Notes: generated by a model not told the origin, from the letters alone. Shown: positions 19,520 to 29,116, numbered from the stretch's first letter. The stretch is DNA of 64,000 bases from Candidatus Gemmiger stercoripullorum (GCA_019119365.1 DWXD01000035.1:9271-73270), one strand, 5' to 3'. Program-made: numbers and translations.

Positions 19520-19833
19520 GCCAATAAAAAACCGTCCCTCAAAGGCTGTTGCCTTTGAGAGACGGGAAATGATCTGTCATCGTACCCGCGGTACCACTCT
19601 CGTTGCCGCCAAAGCGGCCTCTTAGTACGATCAGCTGTTTTGAAGCAAAACGGCGAATCGCGCCTGCATGATAACGGTCAGGTTCCGTCTGCGCCTAACG
19701 CCTGTGCGCTCAGCGCAGCTGCTCGGGGGCCAGTGACACAAGACCCTTCCGCACCGCCTTGCACCAACCGGCGGCTCTCTACAGCTGGAAATGGGACTGC
19801 TTTTTCCCCGTCACTGCATTTGAAATGATAACG
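19520..19833 (-). promoter_or_regulatory. Leucine T-box riboswitch leader of leuA-C-D-B
   Basis: Minus strand: Stem I with AGAGAG bulge and GGTTGGTGCAA loop; T-box GAGAGTGGTACCGCG (TGGTACC at 19596-19590); terminator CCGTCTCTCAAAGGC-AACA-GCCTTTGAGGGACGG-TTTTTT (19565-19526). Confidence 0.92.
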
Positions 19834-19839
19834 TAACCC

Positions 19840-19868
19840 AGTGTAGCAGGTTTGCGCCCCGCTGTCAA
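19840..19868 (-). promoter_or_regulatory. Sigma-A promoter of the leu T-box leader
   Basis: Minus strand TTGACA-17 nt-TACACT. Confidence 0.75.
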
Positions 19869-19949
19869 GCAAATGCGGGGCGGCTCGCCGTGACTTTGTG
19901 CACAAAATACAACCAGCCGAACAAAAAATTGGCGACTATGCCGAAAAAA

Positions 19950-21320
19950 TCATTCGGCGGGGGCGGGCTCCTCGGGGGCGGGCGGCGTTGTGCGCGGCGT
20001 TATGCCCAGCGGGTCGGGCACGGAACCGTTCGCAACGGCGTCCAGCACAGCCGGTACGCCGGGGAAGAACTTGCGGATGCCGGTATCCTTGCAGTGCAGC
20101 CCGTCAAAAAAGTCCAGCTCTTCAATGCCCTCGATGCAGCTGGGGTCGTAGCTGCCGTACAGCGGCACGCCGTGTTCGGCGCAGTACTGGCGCACCCAGT
20201 TTTCCACCTGGAAAAAGCCGCGGTGCAGGTCGGTCTCGGTGAGTAAGTAATCGTACAGATACGGGTGCCAGGGGGACAGCACCAGGATCACCGTTGTGCC
20301 CTGTTCGTGCGCATAGTCGATAAACGCCTCGAACGCGGCCATGGCTGTCTCGCCCATGGCGTCAAAGCCTTCCATGTGCACGCTGTTGAAGGTGGTGCAG
20401 GCCGCCGCCGCCAAAGCCAGGATCTGGTCCTGCGTCTGGTCGCGGAAGGTCGTTTCGTACAAAACGCTGCCGTCCGAGCGCTTGATGTTGGTCGGCTGTG
20501 CATACGGGTCGCCCTGCACGGGGTTGAAGTCGATGGCGTTGCCCTCGTCGTCGGTGACGACGTCCTGACCGCGGTTTTTGACGAAATAGTCCACGTTGCC
20601 CTGGAAGTAGGCCGGTTCGGCCAGCGCTTTCCACAGCTCGACCTGGTCTGGCTCCTCATAGTCGGTCGGCACGCCGAGCACCTTGGTCAAGAATTCGTTG
20701 TACAGGTCGGCGTCGGCGCGCTCGTCATAGGCCATCGGGTCGTCGTAAAAGACCCAGGGGTCCACGCTCCACACAAGCACGTCCGGCACCTTTCCGTAGG
20801 TGACCATCTTGTAATAGCTCGTCATGTTGTCGCGCACATCGGCGCCGGTCACGCCCATGTTGAAAAAGCTGTCCGTGCCGATCACTTCGCGGCTGAACTG
20901 CAAAACGCGGCTGGAGCCTACGCCGATGACCTGCGGCGTTTCGGGCACATCCTGGGCGTAGAGCTGCACGACCTCGCGCTCATCCATCGAATCGAAGTTG
21001 GTCACATCGTAGCCCTGCAGCATCAAATCGACGATACGCCGCGGCGCAAGCTCGCCCTGGAACAGGCCGCTGCGGTCGACCGTATAGCTGAACCAGACCA
21101 TGAACACAAGGACCGGAACGCACAGCGCCAGCTTGAACAGCGTTTTGGCGCCAAAGTACAGCCGCCGCACAAAGCCGAGCCAGAAGCGCCCCCACAAACT
21201 GTGGCGGCGTTTGCGGCGCGCCGGGCGCCGGGCGGGGGCGGCGCCCGGCCGCGGCGGCGCGGCGACAGCGCCGCGGTGTATGGGCTGCGTGGTGCGGGGG
21301 ACAGGGGGGCGGCTTGCCAT
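19950..21320 (-). CDS. Membrane-anchored SGNH-like protein (DltD/AlgJ-like partner of the MBOAT)
   Basis: Basic Pro/Arg N-terminus, one TM helix, GSSR (catalytic Ser block) and C-terminal FFDGLH (DxxH-like); directly downstream of the MBOAT gene. Confidence 0.7.
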   Translation of the reverse strand: MASRPPVPRTTQPIHRGAVAAPPRPGAAPARRPARRKRRHSLWGRFWLGFVRRLYFGAKTLFKLALCVPVLVFMVWFSYTVDRSGLFQGELAPRRIVDLMLQGYDVTNFDSMDEREVVQLYAQDVPETPQVIGVGSSRVLQFSREVIGTDSFFNMGVTGADVRDNMTSYYKMVTYGKVPDVLVWSVDPWVFYDDPMAYDERADADLYNEFLTKVLGVPTDYEEPDQVELWKALAEPAYFQGNVDYFVKNRGQDVVTDDEGNAIDFNPVQGDPYAQPTNIKRSDGSVLYETTFRDQTQDQILALAAAACTTFNSVHMEGFDAMGETAMAAFEAFIDYAHEQGTTVILVLSPWHPYLYDYLLTETDLHRGFFQVENWVRQYCAEHGVPLYGSYDPSCIEGIEELDFFDGLHCKDTGIRKFFPGVPAVLDAVANGSVPDPLGITPRTTPPAPEEPAPAE

Positions 21321-21344
21321 ACGCGGGCTCCTTTCACAAAATCA

Positions 21345-22796
21345 TCAGAACTGCTGGTAGATAAAAGCGCTCTGCCCGAACACGCCGAAGAACAAAATTG
21401 CGGCCCCGGCGGCGTAGTACAGCGTCCAGCGCAGCACAAAGTTCTGCCGCCGGACCCAGCGGGCGATGTTGCGGCCGCCGCTTTCGGCGGCGAACACGAT
21501 CGCCGCCGCACAGGTCAGCACGACCGGCAGCCGCCCGTCGATGCCGCTGTCGTGCAGCAGCGCCGGCACGCCGGCCAGCCCGTTTTGCCAGCCCCGGGCC
21601 AGCCCGGTGTAAACGGCAAGCGGGTCTGCGTTGTACAAGGCGCAGGCAAAGCAGGCCATGGCCGCGGCAAACAGCAAAAAGGTGATGCAGCGCTGCAGGA
21701 AATTCTGCAGCCATTGCGCGCGGTACAGCGGGTTGAAGCGCCACAGCCGCCTGCGCAGCGGCAGCGTCGCGCGCCCGGCGGCCGAGATCAGGCCGCAGAT
21801 CAGGCCCCACAGCAGGTAGCGCCAGTCCGCGCCGTGCCACAGCCCCGAGACAACGAACACAATGACGACGTTGAGCAGGCAGCGCGCCATGCCGCAGCGG
21901 CTGCCGCCCAGCGGAATGTAGATGTAATCGCGGAACCAGCCGGTCATGCTGATATGCCACCGCGCCCACAGGGCGCTGAAGTTGGTGGCGGCGAACGGGT
22001 CGTTGAAGTTTTCGATCAGGTCATACCCCAGGATACGCGCCACGCCCAGGGCGATGTCACAGCAGCCGGAGAAATCCATGTACAGCTGCACGGCGAACAA
22101 AAGGCTGGCCACCGCAAGGTGCGGGCCGCCCATGGTTTCCGGCGCGGCAAAGACAAGGCTGACATACTGGGCCAGGTTGTCGGCAATGACCATCTTTTTC
22201 ATGTAGCCCCACAGGATGCGGAACAGCCCGCCCGCGCAGCGGCTGTAGCTGAACCGCCGCGGGTTCTGGATCTGCGGGCGCAGGTGGGGGTAGCGCTCAA
22301 TGGGGCCGGTGATCATCGTCGGGAAAAAGCTGACGAACATGGCATAGTGCAGAAGATTCGGTTCCACGCGGCAGCGCTTGCGGAACACGTCGATCGTGTA
22401 GCTCAGCGCCGCGAACGTGAAATAGCTCAGCCCCAGCGGCGTGAGCAGGTCAAGGTGCGCCATGCGCGCGCCGGTCAGCCCGGTCACGGCGTCGGCCAGC
22501 AGGTTCCAGTATTTGTAGTACAGCAAAATGCCGACCCCGCCCGCCAGCGCCAGCAGCAGAAACAGCACCCGCACGGCTTTTACACGGCATTTGCCGATGA
22601 CGAGCCCGCACAGCCATGTAACCAGCGTAGCGCCCGCCAGCACAGCGGCCAGCGGGCGGTTTTCCGGTGCATAACAGTAAAAAGCGTAGTTGGCGGCCAG
22701 GAGAAAATACGGCCGCACAACGCGCGGCAGCAGATAGTTCAAAAGAGCCGCCGCCGCAAAAAAGCCCAGATACGCCAGGGAAAACAGGTCGTTCAT
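21345..22796 (-). CDS. MBOAT-family O-acyltransferase (AlgI/DltB-like)
   Basis: PLGLSYFTF, SFFPTMITGPIER, YMDFSGC.D.A, ENFNDPF, W.RWHISM..WFRDYIYIPLGG, SGLWHGA (catalytic His). Confidence 0.93.
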   Translation of the reverse strand: MNDLFSLAYLGFFAAAALLNYLLPRVVRPYFLLAANYAFYCYAPENRPLAAVLAGATLVTWLCGLVIGKCRVKAVRVLFLLLALAGGVGILLYYKYWNLLADAVTGLTGARMAHLDLLTPLGLSYFTFAALSYTIDVFRKRCRVEPNLLHYAMFVSFFPTMITGPIERYPHLRPQIQNPRRFSYSRCAGGLFRILWGYMKKMVIADNLAQYVSLVFAAPETMGGPHLAVASLLFAVQLYMDFSGCCDIALGVARILGYDLIENFNDPFAATNFSALWARWHISMTGWFRDYIYIPLGGSRCGMARCLLNVVIVFVVSGLWHGADWRYLLWGLICGLISAAGRATLPLRRRLWRFNPLYRAQWLQNFLQRCITFLLFAAAMACFACALYNADPLAVYTGLARGWQNGLAGVPALLHDSGIDGRLPVVLTCAAAIVFAAESGGRNIARWVRRQNFVLRWTLYYAAGAAILFFGVFGQSAFIYQQF

Positions 22797-22836
22797 CGCA
22801 AAAACCTCACACCGCAAATTCCCGCAAACAGGTGGT

Positions 22837-23214
22837 TCAGCGCTCCCTGCGCCCGGTTTGGGCCAGCGCCTGTTCCAGCTCCCGCACGCGCTTTTCCAGG
22901 ATCGCCGTGGCCTGGGTCAGCCGCCGCGATTTTTCCGCCAGCTGGCACAGCGCAATGCTTAAGGACAGCAGCACCAGCAGCACAAAGCAGAACATCAGCA
23001 TGAAAACCAGGTTGACCGGCATCTCGACGCCCAGGATATCCCGCATGACGTACACAACATACGGGCAGACGGCAAACACCGTCAGCGCCAGCGAAAGCCC
23101 CAGCCACAAAAGGCTGTACTTGACCGTCATCTTGCCGCGTTTGAGCAGCACAAAGATGATGATGAGCAGCACCAGCGCGCCCAGGATCATGAAAGCCTGA
23201 AATTTTAAGCTCAT
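22837..23214 (-). CDS. DUF2304-family small membrane protein
   Basis: Three TM helices, YSLLW motif, C-terminal coiled coil LTQATAILE; overlaps the GT2 stop (ATGA). Confidence 0.85.
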   Translation of the reverse strand: MSLKFQAFMILGALVLLIIIFVLLKRGKMTVKYSLLWLGLSLALTVFAVCPYVVYVMRDILGVEMPVNLVFMLMFCFVLLVLLSLSIALCQLAEKSRRLTQATAILEKRVRELEQALAQTGRRER

Positions 23215-23951
23215 GAGGAACTCCTTTTGCGGCGGGCATGCGCCGCCGGTTTGATCGAAAGCCGGTCAATGACCAGCGAAAGCGAGACTTTGACCATGTA
23301 ATACACGCTCTTGACCGCGTTGATGCTGGACACGCCGCCGTGGCGCTCCTGCATGACGACCGCGGCTTCGCCCACACGGAACCCGGCCAGGCAGGCGGCC
23401 AGGATCGCCTCCGGTTCGGGGTAGTCCGCCGCGTAATGCTTGGCAAAATAGGCGGTCATGCGGGCGTTGGTGGCGCGGAAGCCGCTGGTCACGTCCTTCA
23501 CGCGCTTGCCGCAGAGCAAAAAGATCATCGCGCTCAAAACATGAATGCCGACGCGGCGCATGAAGCTGGTCTGGAAGCCTTCCTTTGTGATGAACCGGCT
23601 GCCGATGCACATGTCGAGCCTGCCTTCGGCCACCGGCCTGACGATGTTTTCCAGGTACGCCGGGTCGTGCTGGCCGTCGCCGTCCATCTGTACGGTAATG
23701 TCATACCCGTTCGCGTGCGAATAGACATACCCGCACTGGATGCCGCCGCCGATGCCCAGGTTGACCGGCAGATCGAGATACGGATATCTGTGGGCTTTCA
23801 GCAGCTCCACGCTGCGGTCGGTCGAACAGTCGTTGATGACAAGGAAATCCACCTGCGGGCAGGTGCGGCGCAGCCGCTCCACCGCTTCCACGATGTTGGC
23901 TTCTTCGTTATAGCAGGGGATCAGCACAAGAATTTTTGTAGTGTCGTTCAA
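23211..23951 (-). CDS. GT2 glycosyltransferase (DPM1-like, polyprenol-phosphate sugar synthase type)
   Basis: IPCYNEE, INDCSTD, NLGIGG, QMDGDGQH, GSRF, DVTSGFRA; TTG start. Confidence 0.9.
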   Translation of the reverse strand: MNDTTKILVLIPCYNEEANIVEAVERLRRTCPQVDFLVINDCSTDRSVELLKAHRYPYLDLPVNLGIGGGIQCGYVYSHANGYDITVQMDGDGQHDPAYLENIVRPVAEGRLDMCIGSRFITKEGFQTSFMRRVGIHVLSAMIFLLCGKRVKDVTSGFRATNARMTAYFAKHYAADYPEPEAILAACLAGFRVGEAAVVMQERHGGVSSINAVKSVYYMVKVSLSLVIDRLSIKPAAHARRKRSSS

Positions 23952-23996
23952 AACAGCACCTCGTTTTTGCGCGCACGGCGCGGGGTCCGGGCGGTC

Positions 23997-25223
23997 TCAG
24001 ACCGTCCCGTTCAAAATAAACGTCTCCAGCCTGCGCAGGATCTGCGCCCGCCGGTAATGCGTTTCGTAATAGGTCTTGATGCGCGCGCCCATTTCGGCGC
24101 GCGCGCCGGGGGACAGCGCGCACAGCGCCGCCAGGTTTTCGGCCAGCGCCCCGGCGTCGCAGGCCGGGCTCGCCAGCCCGCCCGCTTCGGCCACCGCGTC
24201 GTGCCCGGCGCCGTCCATGCTGGCCAGCACCGGTTTCCCGGCCGCCATGTAGCTTGCGACCTTGCCGGGTACGGTCAGCCCCAGGTCGGGCGAATCGGAC
24301 AGCGAGACGATCAGCGCGTCGGCCAGCGTCGTAAAGCGCGGGATGTCTTTGGCCGGGACGCTGCCGTAAAACGTCACATACCCCCCGGCGTCCTCCTCGC
24401 GCACGAACTGCGCCAGCGCCGCGCGGCTCATGCCGTCGCCCACAAGCAGCAGGTGCAGGTCGGCGCCTGTTTTCCGGCGGGCCTGGCCCACTGCGCGGAT
24501 GACCGTCTCAAGGCTCTGCGCCGGGGTGAGCGTGCCGGTAAACACCAGGTTGAACCGCCCGCCGAACCGCTGTTGCAGCGCTTCGTCCGGGCAGGGGACG
24601 GCGTAGAAATCCTCGCAGTACTGCGGGATGACCGCTACCTTGTCCGCCGGTTTGCCGGTGCGCGCGCGCAGCCGCTGCGCCAGCGGTTCGCTCATCGCGA
24701 TCAAGCGGTCGCAGCGTTTGTACAGCCAGTCGCTCACCCCCTGCGCCATGGCGCGCAGCGCCCCGTTTTTGACCGGCAGCACGCTGTAGAGGTTTTCCGG
24801 CCACAGGTCGAGCACATAGTTTGTAAAAGGGACGCCGTGCTTTTTCGCGTAACGGATCGCGGGCCAGCACATCAGAACGGGGCTCGTATTAAAGCAGAAC
24901 ACCGCGTCGTACCCACCCGGCAGGCGGCGCAGCGCCGCGGCCGCGTACAGCGGCCAGCTGACATAGTTGAGGAAGATGTTCACGCTCGTGTTGCCCTTGC
25001 GCGGCCATTCTCTGGCGCGGAACACCTGGGCCGTGCGGTAATGCTCCTCAAACGGGCCGTGCGGGCCGTAGCCGTCGAACCATTCGCCTTTGGGATAGTT
25101 GGGCAGGCCGCACAAAACGTCGACCTCCAGTCCGTCGGCCAGGAACCCTTCCACAATATCGTTGATGCGGAAGTTCTCCGGCCAGAAATGCTGGGTCACG
25201 ACCAACACCCGCTTGTTTGCCAT
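23997..25223 (-). CDS. GT4 WbuB-like glycosyltransferase (probable L-FucNAc transferase)
   Basis: VVTQHFWPENFRIND, LPNYPKG, DLWPE, FTG, VPGKVASYMAAGKP; adjacent to fnlC. Confidence 0.85.
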   Translation of the reverse strand: MANKRVLVVTQHFWPENFRINDIVEGFLADGLEVDVLCGLPNYPKGEWFDGYGPHGPFEEHYRTAQVFRAREWPRKGNTSVNIFLNYVSWPLYAAAALRRLPGGYDAVFCFNTSPVLMCWPAIRYAKKHGVPFTNYVLDLWPENLYSVLPVKNGALRAMAQGVSDWLYKRCDRLIAMSEPLAQRLRARTGKPADKVAVIPQYCEDFYAVPCPDEALQQRFGGRFNLVFTGTLTPAQSLETVIRAVGQARRKTGADLHLLLVGDGMSRAALAQFVREEDAGGYVTFYGSVPAKDIPRFTTLADALIVSLSDSPDLGLTVPGKVASYMAAGKPVLASMDGAGHDAVAEAGGLASPACDAGALAENLAALCALSPGARAEMGARIKTYYETHYRRAQILRRLETFILNGTV

Positions 25224-25245
25224 GCAAAACGTCCTTTCGCCTGTT

Positions 25246-26385
25246 TTACTGCTTGCGCCAGACCATCTTGTTCACAACGCCGGTGTAGCTCTGGATGATC
25301 TTGACCACCTTGTTAGAGACATCCTCGGTATAATAGGGCACCGGGATGCCGTCGTCGCCGTTTTCACGCATGGCGACCGCCGTCGCGACCGCCTGCTCGA
25401 CCCCGCCTTCGGAGATGCCGGCCAGCACAAAGCAGGCTTTGTCCAGCGCCTCCGGGCGCTCGGTCGAAGTGCGGATGCACACGGCCGGGAACGGGTGGCC
25501 GACGCTCAGGAAAAAGCTCGATTCTTCCGGCAGCGTGCCCGAATCGCTCACAACGCAGAACGCGTTCATCTGCAGGTGGTTATAGTCATGAAAGCCCAGC
25601 GGTTCGTGCAGGCGCACGCGCGGGTCAAGCGCAAAGCCCATCGCCTCCAGCCGCTTGCGGCTGCGCGGGTGGCAGGAGTAGAGGATCGGCATATCGTAGG
25701 TTTCGGCCAGGTGGTTGATCGAGGTGAACAGGTCGACGAAGTTCTTCTCGGTGTCGATGTTCTCCTCGCGGTGGGCCGAAAGCAGCATGTACTTCTGCGC
25801 CTCGAGCCCAAGGCGCTCCAGCACGTCGCTCGCCTCGATCTTGGCAAGGTTCGCGTGCAGCACTTCGGCCATCGGGCTGCCGGTCACAAACGTGCGCTCT
25901 TTGGCGGTGCCCTCGGCGTTCAGGTACCGGCGCGCATGCTCGGAATAGCACAGGTTCACATCGGCGATATGGTCGACGATGCGGCGGTTGGTCTCTTCGG
26001 GCAGGCATTCGTCAAAGCAGCGGTTGCCGGCCTCCATATGGAAGATCGGGATGTGCAGCCGCTTGGCCCCGATGGCCGAAAGGCAGCTGTTGGTGTCGCC
26101 CAGGATCAGCAGCGCATCGGGCTTCTGCTCCACCATCAGCGCATACGATTTGGCAATGATGTTGCCGATTGTCTCGCCCAGGTCTTTGCCGACGGCGTCC
26201 AGATAAAAATCCGGCGCGCGCAGCCCCAGGTCCTCAAAGAAGATCTGGTTGAGCGTATAATCATAGTTCTGCCCGGTATGAACGAGGATCTGGTCAAAAT
26301 ACTTGTCGCATTTTTTGATCACGGCGGACAGGCGGATGATCTCCGGCCGCGTGCCGATGATGGTCATCAGTTTCAGCTTCTTCAT
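25246..26385 (-). CDS. fnlC: UDP-2-acetamido-2,6-dideoxy-L-talose 2-epimerase (FnlC/Cap5G/WbjD)
   Basis: GTRPEIIRL, HTGQNYD, LGDTNS, HMEAGNR, HREENID, SDSGT. Confidence 0.88.
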   Translation of the reverse strand: MKKLKLMTIIGTRPEIIRLSAVIKKCDKYFDQILVHTGQNYDYTLNQIFFEDLGLRAPDFYLDAVGKDLGETIGNIIAKSYALMVEQKPDALLILGDTNSCLSAIGAKRLHIPIFHMEAGNRCFDECLPEETNRRIVDHIADVNLCYSEHARRYLNAEGTAKERTFVTGSPMAEVLHANLAKIEASDVLERLGLEAQKYMLLSAHREENIDTEKNFVDLFTSINHLAETYDMPILYSCHPRSRKRLEAMGFALDPRVRLHEPLGFHDYNHLQMNAFCVVSDSGTLPEESSFFLSVGHPFPAVCIRTSTERPEALDKACFVLAGISEGGVEQAVATAVAMRENGDDGIPVPYYTEDVSNKVVKIIQSYTGVVNKMVWRKQ

Positions 26386-26418
26386 GGGCTTACCTTTCTT
26401 TGGCTCATAGGCCCGGCG

Positions 26419-26865
26419 TCAAATAATGGGGAAATCGAGCGCGGAACGCGCGGGACGGGCCGGGTCGAGATAGACGTGGATGCGGCGGTTTTCCGGCACT
26501 TTGGGCGGCGCCCACAACAGGCGGCTGCGGCCGGTATACTCTTTGCCGTCAAAGTGGTATTGATAATGCAGGATGTAAGGGTGCGCGCCGTCGATACCGT
26601 TTGATAACCCAAAGCTGATTTTTGCGGTGCTGCGGGCGATCTCAGTCACCTGGGCGGGCACCGAAACGCCGTTTTCAACAAGCGTTTCATCCTTGTGCAG
26701 CCGGGCCCAGGCGATCAGGATCACAGCCAGGGCAATGGCCAGCAGCACCGGGGCCAGCGGCAGGGGACTGGGCGAAAACCACCACAGTGCGCCCAGCACG
26801 AACAAAATGCCGCCGACCCAGCCCAGGGCGCTGCACAGGAAAACGGCCGCCAGTTTGCGCATCAT
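26419..26865 (-). CDS. Small membrane protein (DUF3592-like) between fnlB and fnlC
   Basis: Two TM helices then NG..V.A.V, HPYILHYQY.F.GKEY, VYLDPARP pattern; RBS GAAGGGG. Confidence 0.6.
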   Translation of the reverse strand: MMRKLAAVFLCSALGWVGGILFVLGALWWFSPSPLPLAPVLLAIALAVILIAWARLHKDETLVENGVSVPAQVTEIARSTAKISFGLSNGIDGAHPYILHYQYHFDGKEYTGRSRLLWAPPKVPENRRIHVYLDPARPARSALDFPII

Positions 26866-26892
26866 AAATACCCCTTCTTTTTGCAAAAACTT

Positions 26893-28077
26893 TTACACCG
26901 GCAGCGCGAAGGTGTCCGGGTGTTCGGGGTCAAACGCTTCGTTGGCCCACATCACCGTCACCATCTCACCCGCGCCCACGTTTTCAATGTTGTGGGTGTA
27001 GCCGCAGGGGATATCCACGACCTGCAGGCGCTCGCCGCTGACATGATACTCAATGACTTTGTCCGAGTCGATGCGCCGGAAGCGGATGACGCCCTCGCCC
27101 TTGACGACCAGGAACTTTTCGTTTTTGGTGTGGTGCCAGTGGTTGCCCTTGACGATGCCGGGGCGGGAGATGTTCACGCTGACCTGCCCGCGCTCCGGGC
27201 TGCGCAAAAACTCGGTAAAGCTGCCGCGCGCGTCGCAGTGCATGGCAAGGTCATAGGCAAAGTCTTCCTCGGGCAGATAGGAAAGATAAGTGGAATAGAG
27301 CTTCTTTTCAAAGCTGTCCGCGGCCAGGTCGGGCACGGCCAGCGTCGGCAACCCGTCCGAACCCAGCGCTTCGGCGGCCGCGCCGCCGCGCGCTTTGGCA
27401 AAGCTCTTGAGCGTTTCGGCCAGCTGCCCCAGCGTCACGGTATGCACGGGATGGATGCGGCAGATGCCCTGCGCGTCCCGCACGGCCTCGCCGTGTTCAA
27501 GCGCGTTCAGAATACAGGCGACGACATCGTCAATGTAGACGAGCGGCAGCGAAAAATCCGGGTCGCGCACCTGGATCGGCAGCCCGCGCGCGATGTTGTG
27601 GCAGAAGGTGGCGACCACACTGTTGTAGTTGGGGCGGCACCACTTGCCAAACACCCCTTCCATGCGGAAAACATACACCGGCGCGCCGGTGCGCTCGCCG
27701 TGGGCCAGGATGGCCTGCTCGGCCAGGCGCTTCGACTTGCCGTAATCGTTTTCCAGTGCGGCCTGCACGCTGGAAGTCACCAGCACCGGGCAGGCGTTAC
27801 CGGCCTGTTCAAGCAGGCTGAGCATCGTGTCGGTCAGGCCGGCGTTGCCGCTGTAAAACTCGCTCGCCTCTTTGGGCCGGTTGATGCCTGCCAGATGGAT
27901 GACGAACGCCGCTTTGCGGCAGTATTCAGCCAGCGTTTCGGCCGTGTCGTCCTTTTCAAACAGCAGCAGGTCGCTGTAGCCGCGCGTGCGCAGCGTGGCA
28001 ACCAGGTTTTTGCCCACGAACCCGCCTGCGCCGGTGATCAGCACCGGGCGGCTGGTATCAAATTCAGCAGTTGCCAT
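26893..28077 (-). CDS. fnlB: FnlB/Cap5F/WbjC SDR reductase with C-terminal cupin epimerase domain
   Basis: ITGAGGFVGKNL, HLAGINRP, YGKSK, FGKWCRPNYNSVVATFC, RGSFTEF, KGNHWHHTKNEKF. Confidence 0.92.
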   Translation of the reverse strand: MATAEFDTSRPVLITGAGGFVGKNLVATLRTRGYSDLLLFEKDDTAETLAEYCRKAAFVIHLAGINRPKEASEFYSGNAGLTDTMLSLLEQAGNACPVLVTSSVQAALENDYGKSKRLAEQAILAHGERTGAPVYVFRMEGVFGKWCRPNYNSVVATFCHNIARGLPIQVRDPDFSLPLVYIDDVVACILNALEHGEAVRDAQGICRIHPVHTVTLGQLAETLKSFAKARGGAAAEALGSDGLPTLAVPDLAADSFEKKLYSTYLSYLPEEDFAYDLAMHCDARGSFTEFLRSPERGQVSVNISRPGIVKGNHWHHTKNEKFLVVKGEGVIRFRRIDSDKVIEYHVSGERLQVVDIPCGYTHNIENVGAGEMVTVMWANEAFDPEHPDTFALPV

Positions 28078-29116
28078 CCTTCGCCAGCTCCTCTTTGATA
28101 TAATCGGTCGTCTTGATCTTGGCGATGGTCTCTTCCACATTCAGGCGGCGGGTGTTGTGGCTCGTATAATCTTCGTCCGCCTGGGTGTGGACCTGGCCCT
28201 TGATGAAGTATTTGTCATAGTTCAAGTCGCGGTTATCGGCCGAAACGCGGAAATACCCGCCCATGTCTTCGCTGCGGGTGCGTTCCTCCTTAGTCATCAG
28301 CGTCTCGTACAGCTTTTCGCCGTGGCGGGTGCCGATGATGCGGGTGCCGGTATCGCCAAACAGCGTCTGCACGGCTTTGGCCAGGTCGCCGATCGTCGAA
28401 GCGTCGGACTTCTGGATGAACAGATCGCCGGGGCGGGCGTGTTCAAACGCGAACATGACAAGGTCCACCGCTTCGTCCAGGTTCATCAAAAAGCGGGTCA
28501 TGTTGGGGTCGGTGATCGTGATCGGGTTGCCCGCGCGGATCTGCTCCACAAACAGCGGGATGACCGAACCGCGGCTGCACATGACGTTGCCGTACCGCGT
28601 GCAGCAGATCACCGGCCCGCCGCGCTGCGCGGACACGCGCGCGTTGGCCGTGATGACATGCTCCATCATCGCCTTGGAAATGCCCATCGCATTGATGGGG
28701 TAGGCGGCTTTGTCGGTGGACAGGCAGACCACGCGCTCCACGTTGGCCTCCATCGCCGCATGCAGCATGTTGTCGGTGCCCTCAATGTTGGTGCGCACCG
28801 CTTCCATCGGGAAGAACTCGCAGGACGGCACCTGCTTGAGCGCCGCGGCGTGGAAGATATAGTTGACCCCCGGCATCACATCGCGCAGGCTTTGGATGTT
28901 GCGCACGTCGCCAATGTAGAACTTGACCTTTTCGTAATGCTCGGGGTAGCGGGCCTGCAGCTCGTGGCGCATGTCGTCCTGCTTTTTTTCATCGCGGGAG
29001 AAGATGCGGATCTCCCCGATATCGGTCGTCAGAAAATGCTTGAGAACGGTATGTCCGAAACTGCCGGTGCCCCCGGTGATCAGCAGGGTCTTTCCCTTGA
29101 AAATCGAATCTGCCAT
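28064..29116 (-). CDS. fnlA: UDP-GlcNAc 4,6-dehydratase/5-epimerase (FnlA/Cap5E/WbjB)
   Basis: ITGGTGSFG, FSRDEKKQ, HAAALKQVPSCEFFP, STDKAAYPINAMG.SK, TRYGNVMCSRGSVIP, GTRHGEKLYE. Confidence 0.92.
   Translation of the reverse strand: MADSIFKGKTLLITGGTGSFGHTVLKHFLTTDIGEIRIFSRDEKKQDDMRHELQARYPEHYEKVKFYIGDVRNIQSLRDVMPGVNYIFHAAALKQVPSCEFFPMEAVRTNIEGTDNMLHAAMEANVERVVCLSTDKAAYPINAMGISKAMMEHVITANARVSAQRGGPVICCTRYGNVMCSRGSVIPLFVEQIRAGNPITITDPNMTRFLMNLDEAVDLVMFAFEHARPGDLFIQKSDASTIGDLAKAVQTLFGDTGTRIIGTRHGEKLYETLMTKEERTRSEDMGGYFRVSADNRDLNYDKYFIKGQVHTQADEDYTSHNTRRLNVEETIAKIKTTDYIKEELAKDGNC

Noticed and set aside
17847-28098. Long plus-strand ORFs (17847-19625, 20265-23003, 23238-25298, 25099-26604, 26695-28098)
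   Set aside because: Antisense shadow frames of leuA and the glycan operon.
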